Assembly: GCA_028534125.1 (NCBI GenBank)
Contig: CM052816.1
Location: forward strand, 78,742,001-78,806,000
Reading direction: 5' to 3'
Source of the DNA: Lama glama
Lineage: Eukaryota
DNA: 64,000 nt
Made by a program: the position numbers and the translations under genes. The notes under the pieces were generated by a model. The model was not told the DNA's origin and made no database searches. It saw only the letters and a program-made list of their open reading frames with translations. Below, piece after piece: positions 13,051 to 26,619 of the stretch (its first letter is position 1; each line of letters begins with the position of its first letter).

Positions 13051-16000
13051 CAACTGTTACGAAAGAGTCCCTCTTTTTAGAATTGGGGAAACAACTGACA
13101 TTTCTTGGGAAGACCCAGGACACAATCAAGTACGGAGAAAAAATTGCTTACTACAATTCTCTAAACTTTTCTAAGCTTACTCAAAGTACAAGATGAGACA
13201 TGTCTCTATTTTAGCAGTTTAAACTCTATTATAACAAACCTAATTTAGCTCAAACTGTCTGCATTGCAAAGACTAAAAAAGGTAAGAAACACAAAGAGAC
13301 CAGGATCTTTGCTAAACTACTTATAAAAAGCATTTTAAGACCGAGATTATAAATGCACGCTTGGAGTTTAGTACTTTCAAAAGACAAGTTGCTGTGCAGA
13401 CAGATGCCTCAATTTCAAAGGAGGCTAAATGTCTCCCACACCCCCTCCCACCTCATCATTTTTAGGAATTAGAAAATTCTTATTGCCTTGAGACTATAAC
13501 TTCTACCTCGTGTACACTTTTCTGAAGGACAATAGATGGTGAAAATAGATTTTTAAAAATTAAAAAAAATTTTTTTTGAGCCTGACTCAATTCAAAACTT
13601 AGAATTTATAAAGAAAAATGTTTAATGGAAACAAAAACCCATACCAAAAATTACAGCTAGAGTTCTGTATTTCTGTTTGTTAAATCTCATATTCCCTATT
13701 CAAAATCTCCTTAATTCTTGTGTCTGTTTTCCAACAGAAAAGTACGTCTGTCTTTTCCCCTCATTAGCAAATCCAGGGAGATTCTGAAGATGTATCTCCT
13801 TTTATGTTCAGCTGTTCCATATACCCTTTTGAACAGCTACTAGTTAGAAAGCAATGGTGAATCATGTAAATGCTTTAAAATTATAAATCAGCAGCCATTA
13901 TAGCAACTTTTACATTTGGTGTCATTTTGAGAGTTTACTGAAAATATATGTTCTTGACAGTCCCAACCTTCAGTAATCTTTCTCTTCCTCTAATCTCCCA
14001 GGTCACTTAGCATCTGCATCACATTGCTTAACACTTAATCACACTGTCTCCTACAACTCCTTTTTTTAAAAAAAATCTTAACCTTTGGCTTCCCAACTAA
14101 ATTGTAAGTTCTCTGAGGGCAAGATCCAGCCTTATGTCTGATACATAGTGAACATTAAATAGCTCCTATAAATGAGTGGCATAATATAAGGGTATTAAGC
14201 AAAACATTTTTCAACCTTTTGTGTTAAAACAAAATCGTTAGTTTTTATGTTGGTGCTTCTGGCCTAGGTACACAGAGCAGATGTCATGTCTCAGTACCAT
14301 GACAGTTTAAAGCATTTGTTTACTACACTGAGTCCTCTCTGAGCCTTGGGTTTAAGACTAATTTGTCTACATTTCTTGTGGAAGTGACTTGCATGTCAAG
14401 AGGACTTAAAAGAGAACTCTTTATATGATTTTAAGTGGAGTTTCAAGACAAGTGGCATTTCTGTTTTTTAATAGGAAAGAAAAAGGACTGGAAAAACCAC
14501 ACTTTGGTTAGCAGAGGGATGAGAAGGCCCTAGTGCTCCTTCCTTCTTTTTCCTTTTTCCTAATCCCCAAAGCTTGGTTAAAAACCATTTCACTATTTTA
14601 ATTTGCACAGACATTATGGGAGTCTAGTGAACCCTTGAGAAGGGAAGTAATTCACCTTTGAAAGTTTTGTTGGCTGTAATAAAAACCTAATGAGAAAATG
14701 AGATGCAAAGAGTCTTGGTTCAGAGTTCATCTGCATTGCAAGGTTTTAGTCTGGGGGAAATATTGGGAAATTACTTCTTTTAAGTATCACTTTCTCTTTT
14801 GGAAAGCTGTAGCAATCATGCCCTCAGGACAACCTGGCTTTACTCAACACATGTTTCTTCCTTTTCCTCTATTTTATAAATAAGACCCTCAGGCATTAAA
14901 ACATTTGTTTTCTTTCCTAGAAATATTAAATCAGTGAAAGAGCAGGAAATTATGAACAAGTCTCTATATGCTGTATTTCATTTAAAGCTACTCTGGGTAG
15001 GAAACACAGAGCCAGGAAATCATGTTAATTTTGGTATTCTAGAGTTTAAAAAAAAAAAAGATGCAGCAAATGCTGCTCCTTTTGAAAAACTTTTCAAGAT
15101 TTTCTTTGAACACGCTACTAGGAAGTAGGTTGTGGGTAAATTCATTTTGGTGAAATAGGGCAGGGAATGTCACTATCACAAGAAACAACCAAGTCCAACT
15201 TATCCTTAAATGCACTGCTCCCATTCATTAGTTTGAAGCATGAGGGCTCCTGATTAACAAGTAAGTGCTGTAACATAGAACACAAAAGTCAGATTTCAGC
15301 ATTCAAGATAAGGGAATTCCGGAAACTGAGGAAGAAAATGGTTAGAAACCCTATTAACCTTTATGGAATATTTTCCACTTTAATTTTTAATTTCATGGGA
15401 GATTTCGTCATTCCTTGTTTAAATAGCATGCATTTTAGGATCATCAGAAAAAATGTCAATTTTCCTTCTACACTTTGGAAATTCTAGAATCTTCAGACAA
15501 TGTAGGGGATACGACTTGACCCAAGTGAAAGTACTAGACATAGTAGGAGCAGAAGTGGCACTTCTGGAAGTTGGGCTTTCATTTTGTCTTAAATTCTTTC
15601 CTTAGGTTTGAATGTAAAAAGCAAAACAACAAAAAACTGGTAGTGAATTCTGGTTAGTTAGATTCTTTGCCGATTTGGTTTATCTCAAGCCTATATGAAG
15701 CCTGGAAAACTCAACTGTAGAAGTGAACCTATTAAGCTTTATCATATTCACTTATTCAAGAAACCTTGAACTAGTACTGTGCTCTGAATACCAGTCCCTT
15801 TCCTCAAGGAGCCCACAGACACACCTGTAATTATGATGTTGTGGGCGATGGGAGAGCCCCACAGACAATTACGGGAACTCTGTGCTGGAGCCTATTTACC
15901 AAGTTTCCCTATAAGACAGAGCTCTTTAGAGGAGATATGCCTGGCTCAACACCGTATGTACAGAGGGCCCAAAACACCAAATTAAAGAACTTGAACTCTG

Positions 16001-19000
16001 TCCCTAGGCAAGAGGGAGGCACAGGACTTAAACAGAGGAATGATTTTAGTTTTAGGTTGATGTAAATTCTTTAAGGGAACAAGACTTGAGTTAGGAAGCT
16101 GAGGGGGAAGAGGAGCATTTAGCAACTGGGATTGTTCATATATTAAAAAAAAAAAAGATGCCACTGAACATTACAGACAACTTCACGATATTGAGGCCCT
16201 TCAAAGGATAGGTTGGCATAGAGTTGAGACCACCTCCACTAAAGGTGCTTCCTCTCCAGGTCACTGTGCCGGCCCTCTTCTCTCCTTTTAGTTACCAGCA
16301 TGTTCCTTCAGCACATTCTAATGTTTTGACCTCTGAAGGGGTTTAAGAAGCAGTCTGAGCAAGGGTAGAAGCCTAGGGAACCCCAACATAAGAGGGAAGA
16401 AGAACAGGAACCGCCTCATGAAATCCGCAGGTAGTGAGAGATCATACCAACCATTCTATGACCAGTGAGCTAAGAGTTGGCCATAATGCTAGTTGAAAGA
16501 AATTTAACACATTTTCTCCATCCTAAACTGACGAGGATCTGCTTTTTAATGAAGATTTCACAAGTGTTATTGCTATTAATTATGACTCACATTGAGAAAT
16601 GGCTCTTTTCCCAGTTGTTCAACATGAGTCAAACCTCTGAAGGACAAGAATCTTAGTGTAGTTGGGAAAGATTGGGTAGGTTAGTTGGCATTACAGTTTT
16701 CGGCAGAGTGTTGACAATGACGATAGTCAATGTTATTATCGGGCTTTATAGTTTTACAAACACTTGTACACACATGATCTAATTTGATCTTGTGACAGTG
16801 CTTTGAGGTACATCCTATCATTACCAGTCCTGTAGATCCAGATGTTGACATGGAGTTTCATAGGGATTAAGCAATTTTCACAGGATTACAGTCAGTGAGT
16901 GACAAGAGTCCTTAACAGTCCTCTGAACTTTGGTTTCTCACCTTTTTCCAGAGAAGTCCTCGGTAGCTTTTATTAAGACAGAGAGAAAAGAAAAGAACAT
17001 CAAAAGAAAGGTGTGCCATCTGTTATTTCTTCTGGAAAGTCAATCCTAAACTCCCCTTCCCTCTCCTCCTCCTCCAATTCCTAACAGGGTTGACTGCCCC
17101 TCCTGTGTGCTCCCAAGGCACCCTGGGCTTAAATTTCCAGAGTGATTACCACCCTGGTCTGGAACCTTCCCTTTCTAGACTGTGGCTCTTTGAGAGCAGA
17201 GCCTGCATTTATAACTGCATACCCAGTCACCAGGACAAAAGGTGCTCAGTTAAGTGTCACTGCCTGAATAAATGGATAAAACACAACCAAGAATATGAGA
17301 CATTATATCAATCCATCTCCAATCTTAAAACTTGGAGAAAAGACATCAGTAAACATCAACATTAAAAGGTGGGGGGGAAGCCAATGGATTCCTTTTTCAG
17401 TCATTACCATAGAATAGGTCCCATTGGAGCTGCTGTAATGGAATGGGTGGGAGGTGGGGGGGGGCAGAACCTATCTCAGTAACCCCCTTTTCTCTTCCTC
17501 AGGTAGGTCTCTCTTCAATCCATGGATTCCACCTATTAAGCTTGAGAACAAGGATGAATGAGGAAGTCAAGTTGGCTTGTCCCAGGATTCCTCAGTGCCA
17601 GGTCCAGGATTAGAACTTAGGGCACCCCATTCCTGCTCCCATTGTGTTTTCAATCACTAAACCACATATTCCTCCCCTCCCAATTTTGAACGTCATCTGT
17701 AAAATGAGGTTAGACTAGATTACTTTGTTCAAGTTGCTTTCCCTATTAACATTCTATGATTCTAAATCATGTCATGCCAATAATGGGCTTGCCCCCTCCA
17801 CTTTGGTCTATTTAGTTAAGGGACACAAATTTTTATATTCACTCAGTGATTAATGGCTTCTCATTAGATTTCTCTGCCACAAATTAAACACAAACATATA
17901 AACAGTCACCAAAGGAAGCTTACTGAAGGGCATGGGTTTTATGAAGCACAGTGATGACATGAATCTTTTATAAGTGTTTGCTAGTATAGAATCATAATTA
18001 CAGCAATCAAGACAGATACACATCTTTTGTAAGGAAAAAAAGTAATTATAATTTAAAAGCACACAGCTCAAAGTTGCCATCACAAAAACGACTATTATAG
18101 CAACTATTTCACATTTGGACATTTTTTTGGCAGGAGGTCTGGGCATTGTTTATTGTGAGTCAGAAACAGGCACTGAGAAAATATGCAAATTTTTTAAGCA
18201 AGAGAAAATGCAGCTTTGAGTTGAGAAAACAGGGTGAATGGTGGAAACTGTCTGGGTCTTGCTCACAAATCAATCACAAACCACTGAAATAATTTTTGGT
18301 CATCAGATGCTGTGCGAGTAATTTGGAGTGAGGTCAAAATAAAGTTATTTTATGCTTTAAAACATACATTCAAGATTTGTGCTGTGCTTCAAAGTCTATT
18401 ATCTGCTAATGCCATGACAATAGACTGATTCTAAAGCGATAGACCAGGAAAAAAAAGCTTCCAAAATGCTACCAATTTCCTGTCCTTGGCTGGGCAGGGG
18501 ACCTGCTGTGGCCTCAGGAGGCAGTTCACCTCTGGGTCACAGAAGTGGCAAAGCCAAGCCTCCTCCTGCACCCTGCTGCCTCCCCACCCAGCATCACATC
18601 TGTTGAAACGAAATTCACCCAGGGTGACCAGTTCACTCCTGTCGACAGACCTCAATTGTAAAAGAGTGTTTTTATCAGAGTTGCATGAGTTCGTTAAGTT
18701 CTTCAAAAATCTCTTAATATCAACAGGTGAAACTAAGGGAGCTAATATAGCACTGGAGAAAAAATATACTGAGGCTGGGGTCTTGGGCAAGTACTGTGAT
18801 CCTCCCTTCTAAAGAAAAGGTGAGACAGGAGCTGAGTTTCCAACATTTTTTAAATGGATGAAGTTAGTTCATATATCAGCCCATATCACAAATTAAAACC
18901 TGAGTCAGTCTGCCCATGGAAACCTAACATACACGAACTACAAACCTCCAACTCAGCTTCAGCTAGCTTACCTCCCCTTAGAGGATGGGACCTGCTAGCC

Positions 19001-19888
19001 TTATAATGGCCTTCTGGCCAATCATGCCCTGTTTCAGGGTGACCTCTCCTCAAGCTCTGTAAACGCACTTTTGCCCAGAATCCCTCGGGATGGGTGGTCC
19101 ACTGCTTGGGAGGCACTGCTCTCCCCCAGTCTGTGGATTGTTTGCCCTTGAACAAAGGACATCAAACTCATTTCTAAATTGTATTAATTTTGTCATGTGA
19201 CAAACCCTTTGTTCAAATAAAATCTCATGATGAAACAAACGGCAATATGATGATCAAGGGTAAACCAACTGTTGGGGTAGGATGCTCAGAGCCACTAGAT
19301 TTGCCCTGCCTCTGGCTTCCCCTGCCTTGTCTCCACCAGCAGCACCTGGACCCTGAGTGGGTTCCCAGGGCAGCATATTGATACGACAGGATCAGGTAAG
19401 TCGAAGTACTCAGATTCTAAGAGTAACATACGCTGGGATAACCTCAGAGGAAAAGACAAAAGACATAAAGTAAACTCTAACGACCCCACAGTGTTAGTGA
19501 TGCCTCAATTAATAAATCTTACAGAGGCATGACTTGTTTTACTAAATTCAAAAGAGGTAAGATGTGTGGGGGTATGTTTTTCAGGGCTCAGGCCCAGGCC
19601 TGGGGTAGGGGAGAGGGTGGGTGTTGATGAGACAGATTGGACTGAGGGACTCGTCATATTTTTTATGGCCTGGTGACTTAGCTGCTAAGCCCCAGCACAC
19701 ATGGGGAAAATGAAACACAGCCCAAGTAATGGTTTGCCTAAAGTCAACCAAGTGAATGTCAAAGTCAGCACCAGACCCTGGTGTTCACACTTCCAGCCCT
19801 GATCATTTTCAGAGACACATTTTCAGTGAAAGCCTGGTATGATGTGATTCATTTATGAGGCAGTTATTTCCAGATCCCATGTGATAAA

Positions 19889-20218
19889 GCTGTGTTGCCC
19901 AATATGGTAGCCACTAGTCCCACGTGGCCAGGGAGCACTTGGACGTGGCTAGTAGCAAACTGAGATGGGCTGTAAGTGTAAAGTATATATTGGATTTTGA
20001 AAATTTAATCCAAAAATATGTTAAGTATCCCATTAATAATTATTCATATTTATTACATACGTGTAATGACAATATTTTAGATATTGGGTTAAGTAAAATA
20101 TATTAAAAATATATTAAGGACAATTTCACCTCTTTCTCTTTGCTTCTTTAAATGTAGCTAATAGAAAATTTAAAATGACATATGTGACTTGCATTGTTTT
20201 TCTATTGGACAGCATTGT
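19889..20218. mobile_element. MER33-like hAT-Charlie non-autonomous DNA transposon
   Basis: Inverted ends gctgtgttgcccaata / tattggacagcattg; gtagccactag motif; ~330 bp. Confidence 0.8.
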
Positions 20219-20254
20219 TATGAAGTAATTACTCTTTTCTAAAAAAAATTGCAT

Positions 20255-20487
20255 TCTTTTTTATTGAAGTATAGTCAGTTTACAATGCCGTGTCAGTATC
20301 TGGTGTACAGCATAATGTTTCAGCCATACATATGCGTACATATATTTGTTTTCATATTCTTTTTCATTATAGGTTACTACAAGATATTGACTATAGTTCC
20401 CTGTGCTCTACAGTAGAAGCTGGTTGTTTATCTATTTTATATATAGTAGCTAGTTTCTGCAAATCTTGAACTCCCAACTTATCCCTA
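20255..20487 (-). mobile_element. L1 3'UTR fragment
   Basis: ttattgaagtatagtcagtttacaat...atagttccctgtgct, homologous to the 46875 element. Confidence 0.85.
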
Positions 20488-20614
20488 CAGAGGAGTTCCT
20501 GGACTTGGCCAAGCTAGCAAAATCTCCTCCCCAGCCCATTCTCTTCCCATTTATTTAAATAGATCAGCCCATGGTGAGAATAGTTTGGTCTGCCCAGAGG
20601 ATAATGCTAATGGT

Positions 20615-20840
20615 AATAGTAGTAATAATAAAAATAGCTGTCATTTATGAAATCTTTGCTATGCACCAGGCACTGTGCCAAGCGCTTTACATATGCCTCA
20701 TTTACTTGTCACAACAACCCTGTTGTTACTTGGTTTTATTGTTCCCACTTTACCAACGAAGGGATTGAGCTCCTGAGAGAATTAGCAACTAGCCAAGGTC
20801 ACAAGCTGGTTAAGTGGTTGGACGGAGATTCCACCCCAGG
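20615..20840 (-). mobile_element. MIR SINE
   Basis: ccaggcactgtgccaagcgctttacata...ccaaggtcacaagct. Confidence 0.7.
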
Positions 20841-20987
20841 CCACTTGCTCAGGCACCTGAGTGCCACACAAAGCTGCTGTGCAGGAACGGGCGCTCCCAG
20901 TGAAAATACTGCCCTGCAAGTTCTACACATGCCCACTAGGTTGGAAGACCCTGGAGGGAAGGTAGGATACACAGAGACGGGCCAAAG

Positions 20988-21610
20988 TGAGACAGGAGGG
21001 AAGGGGGCAGGGCACAGCCACTCAAGAAATGATAGCAACCAAAATGGTGGAAGATTCACCTCCTAGTTGGCCTTGAAGATTAAAAGGTTTAACTTCTAGT
21101 AGACCTTGAGCTTCATTACATGCTCATTGTAACAGCGTGATCAAATAACATGCCCGCAGGTGCCATGTCAGCCCCAAGGCTAACCGCAAAAGGCCGAAGA
21201 ATGGGTGGTGGCCCAGTCCCTGGGAATCCCAGCCCCTTCCCCAGGGCAGTTGGATTGATCCCACCTGTAGGCGTGTGAAGCTACTGAGATCATAAAAAGT
21301 GACAACACCACGCCTAGGGGCCCTTTGCACTCTCTCTCCCCTTTGGACGGCCTGCATTCTGTCTATGGAGTGTGTACCTACTTTTACTAAGCACCCAATT
21401 CCCACACCTCTTTCCTTGCCTCTCTCTTGCCTTATGCTGTATGCAGTATGTATCTCTCTAAATAAATCTACCTTTACTCAACGGTGGCTCACACTTGAAT
21501 TCTTTCCTGCCTGAAGCCAAGGACCCACACCTGGCGGGGCACGTCCCGGGGGCTCAACTGAGACCTGGGACATAGCCCTTCTCATGCCCCATATCCCTTT
21601 TCCTGCATCG
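20988..21610 (+). mobile_element. MER41-like ERV1 solo LTR
   Basis: Starts TGAGACAGGAGGG and ends TTCCTGCATCG (CA>CG); 4-bp TSD AAAG (20984-20987, 21611-21614); AATAAA at 21461; 623 bp. Confidence 0.85.
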
Positions 21611-22527
21611 AAAGGGCTGTGGTCCTCAAGGATCTTACAATCCTGCAGAGGAAACATATGCATGATGAGATAAATGACGAAATAAGACCCGAGGAGACTG
21701 AAACATCAAACATTCTAGACAGGAGAGAGATTAATTCCCGGTTTGGGTAGGGTAAGGGAGTGTTGCACAGAAGAGGAAATATTTCAGAAGAAACTCTATA
21801 AAAATGAATTTTTTTCCAAGGGAGAGTCATTCCTGGAAGAACCCAGGAGCAAGGACACAGCACAGACTGCAGAGTGGTTATTCATACATTGTGCAGGTGG
21901 AAGAAAATGTTGAAGAGGCAGAGCATTTCATGTTATGGACAAGAGGAGAGTGGGAAGCAAGAAGTTGGAAAGGGCTTGGATACCTTGCTTTCTTGACAAG
22001 CATTTCTTGGGTTAAAAAAAAAAAAGAAGTCTTTAGATGTGACTTTCAAAAACAAAGGTAGCTTTGTATTAATGCAATTTGTAAAATGCTCAAGTCCTTT
22101 TTTCTAGAATCTGGCCAAACCAGCATTCACACTAACCACTGCAAAATCAGCCTCTAAGATCTCCCAAGATCTACAAGAGTCAAAAAGAATAGTATATTCA
22201 AATGTAACAAGGACACCACAGGAGTGATCGCCTGGTGGCCAACATTCTTTCATATTCCAGGATCCTTATCAGCAGAAACAAAATACCTTCTCACCTACAC
22301 CCCTGCCCCAGCCCACACCACTCCATGCTCTGGTCAAAATCTTGACTTTTCTTCTGCATTCAAGGAGATCTGTCTCGGGGGCAATCAATGTACGAAAGGA
22401 TAATAATTGCTAACATTTACATGGAAGACTGAGAAGCCTAGGAAAAGCAGCTTTCACCAGCATATAGAAGAGAGTGAATGATTTTATTAGATAATCTGTT
22501 GGAATCCCTTTTTAGATGCCTGTGAAG

Positions 22528-22703
22528 TTTCTTTTTTTTTTTTTTTAATTTTTATTGAAGTGTAGTTGACTTACAGTGTTAGTTTCAGGTGTACAGCAAA
22601 GTGATTCAGCTATACATGTACATACATATATATTTTTTCTTTTCAGATTCTTTTCCATTATATGTTATTACAAGAAATTGGATATAGTTCCCTGTGCTAT
22701 ACA
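22528..22703 (-). mobile_element. L1 3'UTR fragment
   Basis: Poly-T followed by the same 3'UTR motif. Confidence 0.85.
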
Positions 22704-23829
22704 CTAGTTTAAGTTTAAGTAGTGTTAAGCTTTTCAAACGTAATTTTAAAGACAGAACTCACTCCTCTCATCCTTAACACAGTAGCTGGAGTTTTCCTTC
22801 CTCTGCTTAGATGATATTTTCCACCAGATTCATTGTGACTCAGAACTGCCGGTCCTGCTTTCAAATTCTTCCAGGAAACTGGAGCCACCAGGTGAGGCCA
22901 ATTGTTATGGAGCAGTTTAGTGAGTAACATGTAATCCCAACCTAATTTCAGCCCAGGGCTTGTCTCCGGGTTGAAATGTGTGGGGTTGGCACTAGGGAAA
23001 GAAGGCATGCTGAAGGGTACATTTTCCCCTGGATGAACAACCTTTTGACCCGTCTTTTACTACAAATTCAGTATCAGGGTGGGACCAAGCAAAGCCTACA
23101 CCTGGAATACGGTCAATATATATATGTCAGTCCAGAGCTATGCCTCTGGCATTCCCTTGTCCACCTACAAGTTCTGGTCTTCCCAACCTTTATCACAGAT
23201 AATTCACTGCTTTCTTGCTGGCCTTTTAGAACTGCTCTCTTGCTGCGATTTGTATTTGAGATACTGAGGCTTTATGGATGAAGGGCCTGCCTTCAGGCTG
23301 GTCTGGGGTTGCTAAGAGTTGCCTGGAGATTTAAAAATGCACAACTGACGGTCTGATTTCAAATCAGTGTGATTAGGGTGAGAAAAAGGAAAAGAATAAA
23401 CAAGAGAAGAGAGTGGGCAAGGGCACAAACAATCTTCAAAAGAATGGAAACAGGCTATGGTGAAAGCTGGGATTTTGATTCTCATTATAAAGTCAGCGTA
23501 GAATAGAGGCAGGCTTCTTTCTGATCTTTCTCTTATGATTGATTTAACATTTTCAGATTCCTCATCTCCACCAACGTGGGACCTGTAGATTTCTCTCTCT
23601 CATTCTTTAGTCCATTTAGAGAGCTAGGACTTGCTAACATTTTTAAGCAAAATTTTTTTTTCCTCTAAAATTTTTGAGCATTTAGGTCTTAAAAATGTTT
23701 TTTTTTCTTTACAAAAGAGTAAAAATTTTAAAGTAAAATGTAAGTGTTGCCCTTCTATATGTCTTCACACCCCCAATCTTCACTCCACATTCAGCAGTTT
23801 ACTCATTCTTCACGCAAAAACTTTCTCTG

Positions 23830-25180
23830 GAGTCCCTGCTCCATGCACGGCACTGTTTAAGGTGCTTTGAGTAGTGTGGGGAAGAAAGGAGAAGGGTTCT
23901 GGACTCTCCTGGAGCTTACATTCTAGTGGGGGAAGACGGAGCCCCCCTACTAAGCAAAGAAATGCACATGGCTTCAGAAAAGGACTTTGGACCTCACTGA
24001 GTGGGATAGGAAGCCACTGTAGGGCCTAGCTTAGCACAGAGGAGTGAAATGGCCTTTTAAAAAAGCAAACTCTGGCTGCTCCCTGGTGAATGTTTAGTAG
24101 GGTGAGAGACTAGCTGGAGGCCACTGGAAAAGCCCCAAGGAGAGATGATGGTGGCTAGGATGCAGGTGACTAAGCAGAGAGGTGGTGAGGAGCTGTCCTA
24201 TTAGGGGATATCTTTTGAAAGAACTGTCAGGATTTGATTATAAATTGGACAAAGGCTGTAAAAGAAAGAGAATAGCAAAGGATAGAACTCACATTTCAGG
24301 CTTGATAGACGGAAATGGGGTTAATAGACTCTCACTGAAATGGGAGTGGAAAGCCTACGGCTCAGGCTGGCTGTAGGGGAATAAAGAGTTCCCTTTTGGA
24401 TCCCTCCAGATCTCCAAGTGGAGATGGCCAGGTGGCAGTGGCACTCAAGAGAGACAGAAAGCTGGAAGGCCACTTTCAGGGCTTGTCACACACATGGGAT
24501 TAAAAGCACCAGCTCTGCACAAATGTGCCAAGGGTGTGTGTGTGAGCGCATGGAGACAGAGCAGCAGATTCGTAACTGAAATGGAATGGAATCACTGAAA
24601 ATGAAATAGCCCAGTTTATTTTGTTTAACATTATACATGCTAGTACACCAAACACTGTTTCAAAGACTGAAATTCCATCTAATGGAATCTCTATTATTCT
24701 GCCCCATATTGTTAGCCAAATTTTTTATAAGCATCTACTGGCTCAAAAAAGGATGACACCAAGGTTTTTGGCCTGAGAAACTGGAAGATTGTGGTTGTAG
24801 TTTACTGATTTGGGAAAGACTGGGAACAGACTTGTGTGGGTGTGGTGAGGGCCCGAAATCAAAAGATAATCAAGTGGAGATGTTGAATAGGCTGTTAGAT
24901 GTAAGAGACGGAATTCTGGGGAGAGGTCTGGTTTGAGATCAGATTTGGTGTTATCGACCTCTGGATAGTGTTTAAAGCTATTGCAAAGTTTAATATTAAT
25001 AATATGGATTTCATCCCCACAGGGTGTGAGTGTACCTAGAGAGAGATAATCAAGAACAGATAGTCAAGATTGGGCCTGGGGGCTCTCCAATATCCAGAGA
25101 TGGAAAAGATATGGAGGAATTAGAAGGGAGACAATGAGGTGAGGGAGGAAAAAGCAGAGAAGTGTTGCCTAATAATGTCA
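23830..25180. mobile_element. L2 fragments
   Basis: ggagcttacattctagtgggggaagac, gatgacaccaaggtttttggcctgag, caagtggagatg motifs. Confidence 0.7.
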
Positions 25181-25699
25181 AATTATTTTAAACATTACAA
25201 ATACTTAAAATATCAAATAGTCACAGATTCTTTTTAAATTTAACACAAGCAGAGAGGACATGGTCTTTGTATTTAATTCTAAATCTCCCCAGGATTTTAT
25301 ATCCTTGCCTGCTAAGAAAATAGTTATGTCATTCAAATGATTTGGGGGTGGCTTTCTCAAATGAATGTTTTGGAATTATGTTTCCAGCTATATATTTGTA
25401 GCTAATCAGTGTTGCACACTGACCAGAGATTTTGGCTGGGGGTGATAGGTGAAGTGGCAGATGTCAGGGTGTGGCTTCTTAACTCCTGACTGCCATGCTG
25501 AAGTGCTCTTTAAGTCTCTCTGTCATGAGTTTGGAGGGTAGAGAGCCTGGTGGTCACAGAACTCAACTCCCAGGGGGTGAGTTTCTTTACCTAACATTTA
25601 AGTCATATTGGAGTCTTTAAGCAACCACAGAGGAGCTACAGCACTTGATTGGACTTTGCGTTTCTTTATCTTTTGAGGTTAAGTCAAACTCTTCCGTTG

Positions 25700-26472
25700 G
25701 AATTCTGAACCTAAGGATGGAGGAGCTGTCCAAAGGGTCTTCTGGGGATAGAACCCAGGCCTACCTGTGAACTTGGATGTGAAACACATTACAACTTTAT
25801 TTTCTGTGTATGTGAAATCACTTATGATATATGATATCACTTACATGTGGAATTTTCAAAAATCATACAAAGGAACTTATTTTCATTAACTTTAATTGAA
25901 TTAATATTAACTGAAATGCAGCAATTCCTTCACTTGTGAATGTGTGGGGTGTGGTCAGGGCAAGAAATCAAAAGACAATCAAGTGGAGATGTTAAATATG
26001 TTGTTAGATATAAGAGAAGGAATTCAGGGGAGAGGTCTAGTTTCAGATCAAATTTAGTGTTATCAACCTCTAGAGAGTGTTTAAAGCTATTGCACAGTTT
26101 AGTGTTAATAACATGGATTTCATGTCCACAGGGTGTGAGTGTAGCTAGAGATTAGTATTAGCAACTCCTGGCCTTTGTCACCAATAGAAAGAACAGACAT
26201 TATTACATCGCCTGACAATTCAGATCTCTCAGCCTGTCATCTACACTCCTCACTGCTTCATAATTGCAGTCGATATTAGAGCTGACTCTGTATCTTTTTT
26301 ATTGTGTTAGTTAAGAAGCACCTGTCCATGTAAGTGTATTTCAATATAATTGTTTCCCTTTGTCATCTTTTGCATTATATCTTATGTACTTGTATTTTTT
26401 ATTTTATTCTGAGAAGGGCCGCCATTAGATTGCCGAAGGGGACAATGGTGCAGAAAGGTGGAGAGCGCTTGC
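25700..26472. mobile_element. Old hAT/MER-type DNA transposon fossil interrupted by a small L1 piece and a duplicated L2 fragment
   Basis: tttgtcaccaatagaaa, gtatttcaatataattg, ttattctgagaagggcc...gccgaagggg motifs recalled from a MER-type consensus; family not certain. Confidence 0.5.
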
Positions 26473-26619
26473 TGTCTCTGATCCTTCTTTCCACGTACTT
26501 CTTAGTTCTTGGCACCACATCCCACTCTTAAAAATAGTGTAATGATAGTCTACTGGATATCTTGGGGCTTTGGTCAGTGACATTATCTTGGTTCATCATG
26601 TCTCTCCTCATTTGAGGTT

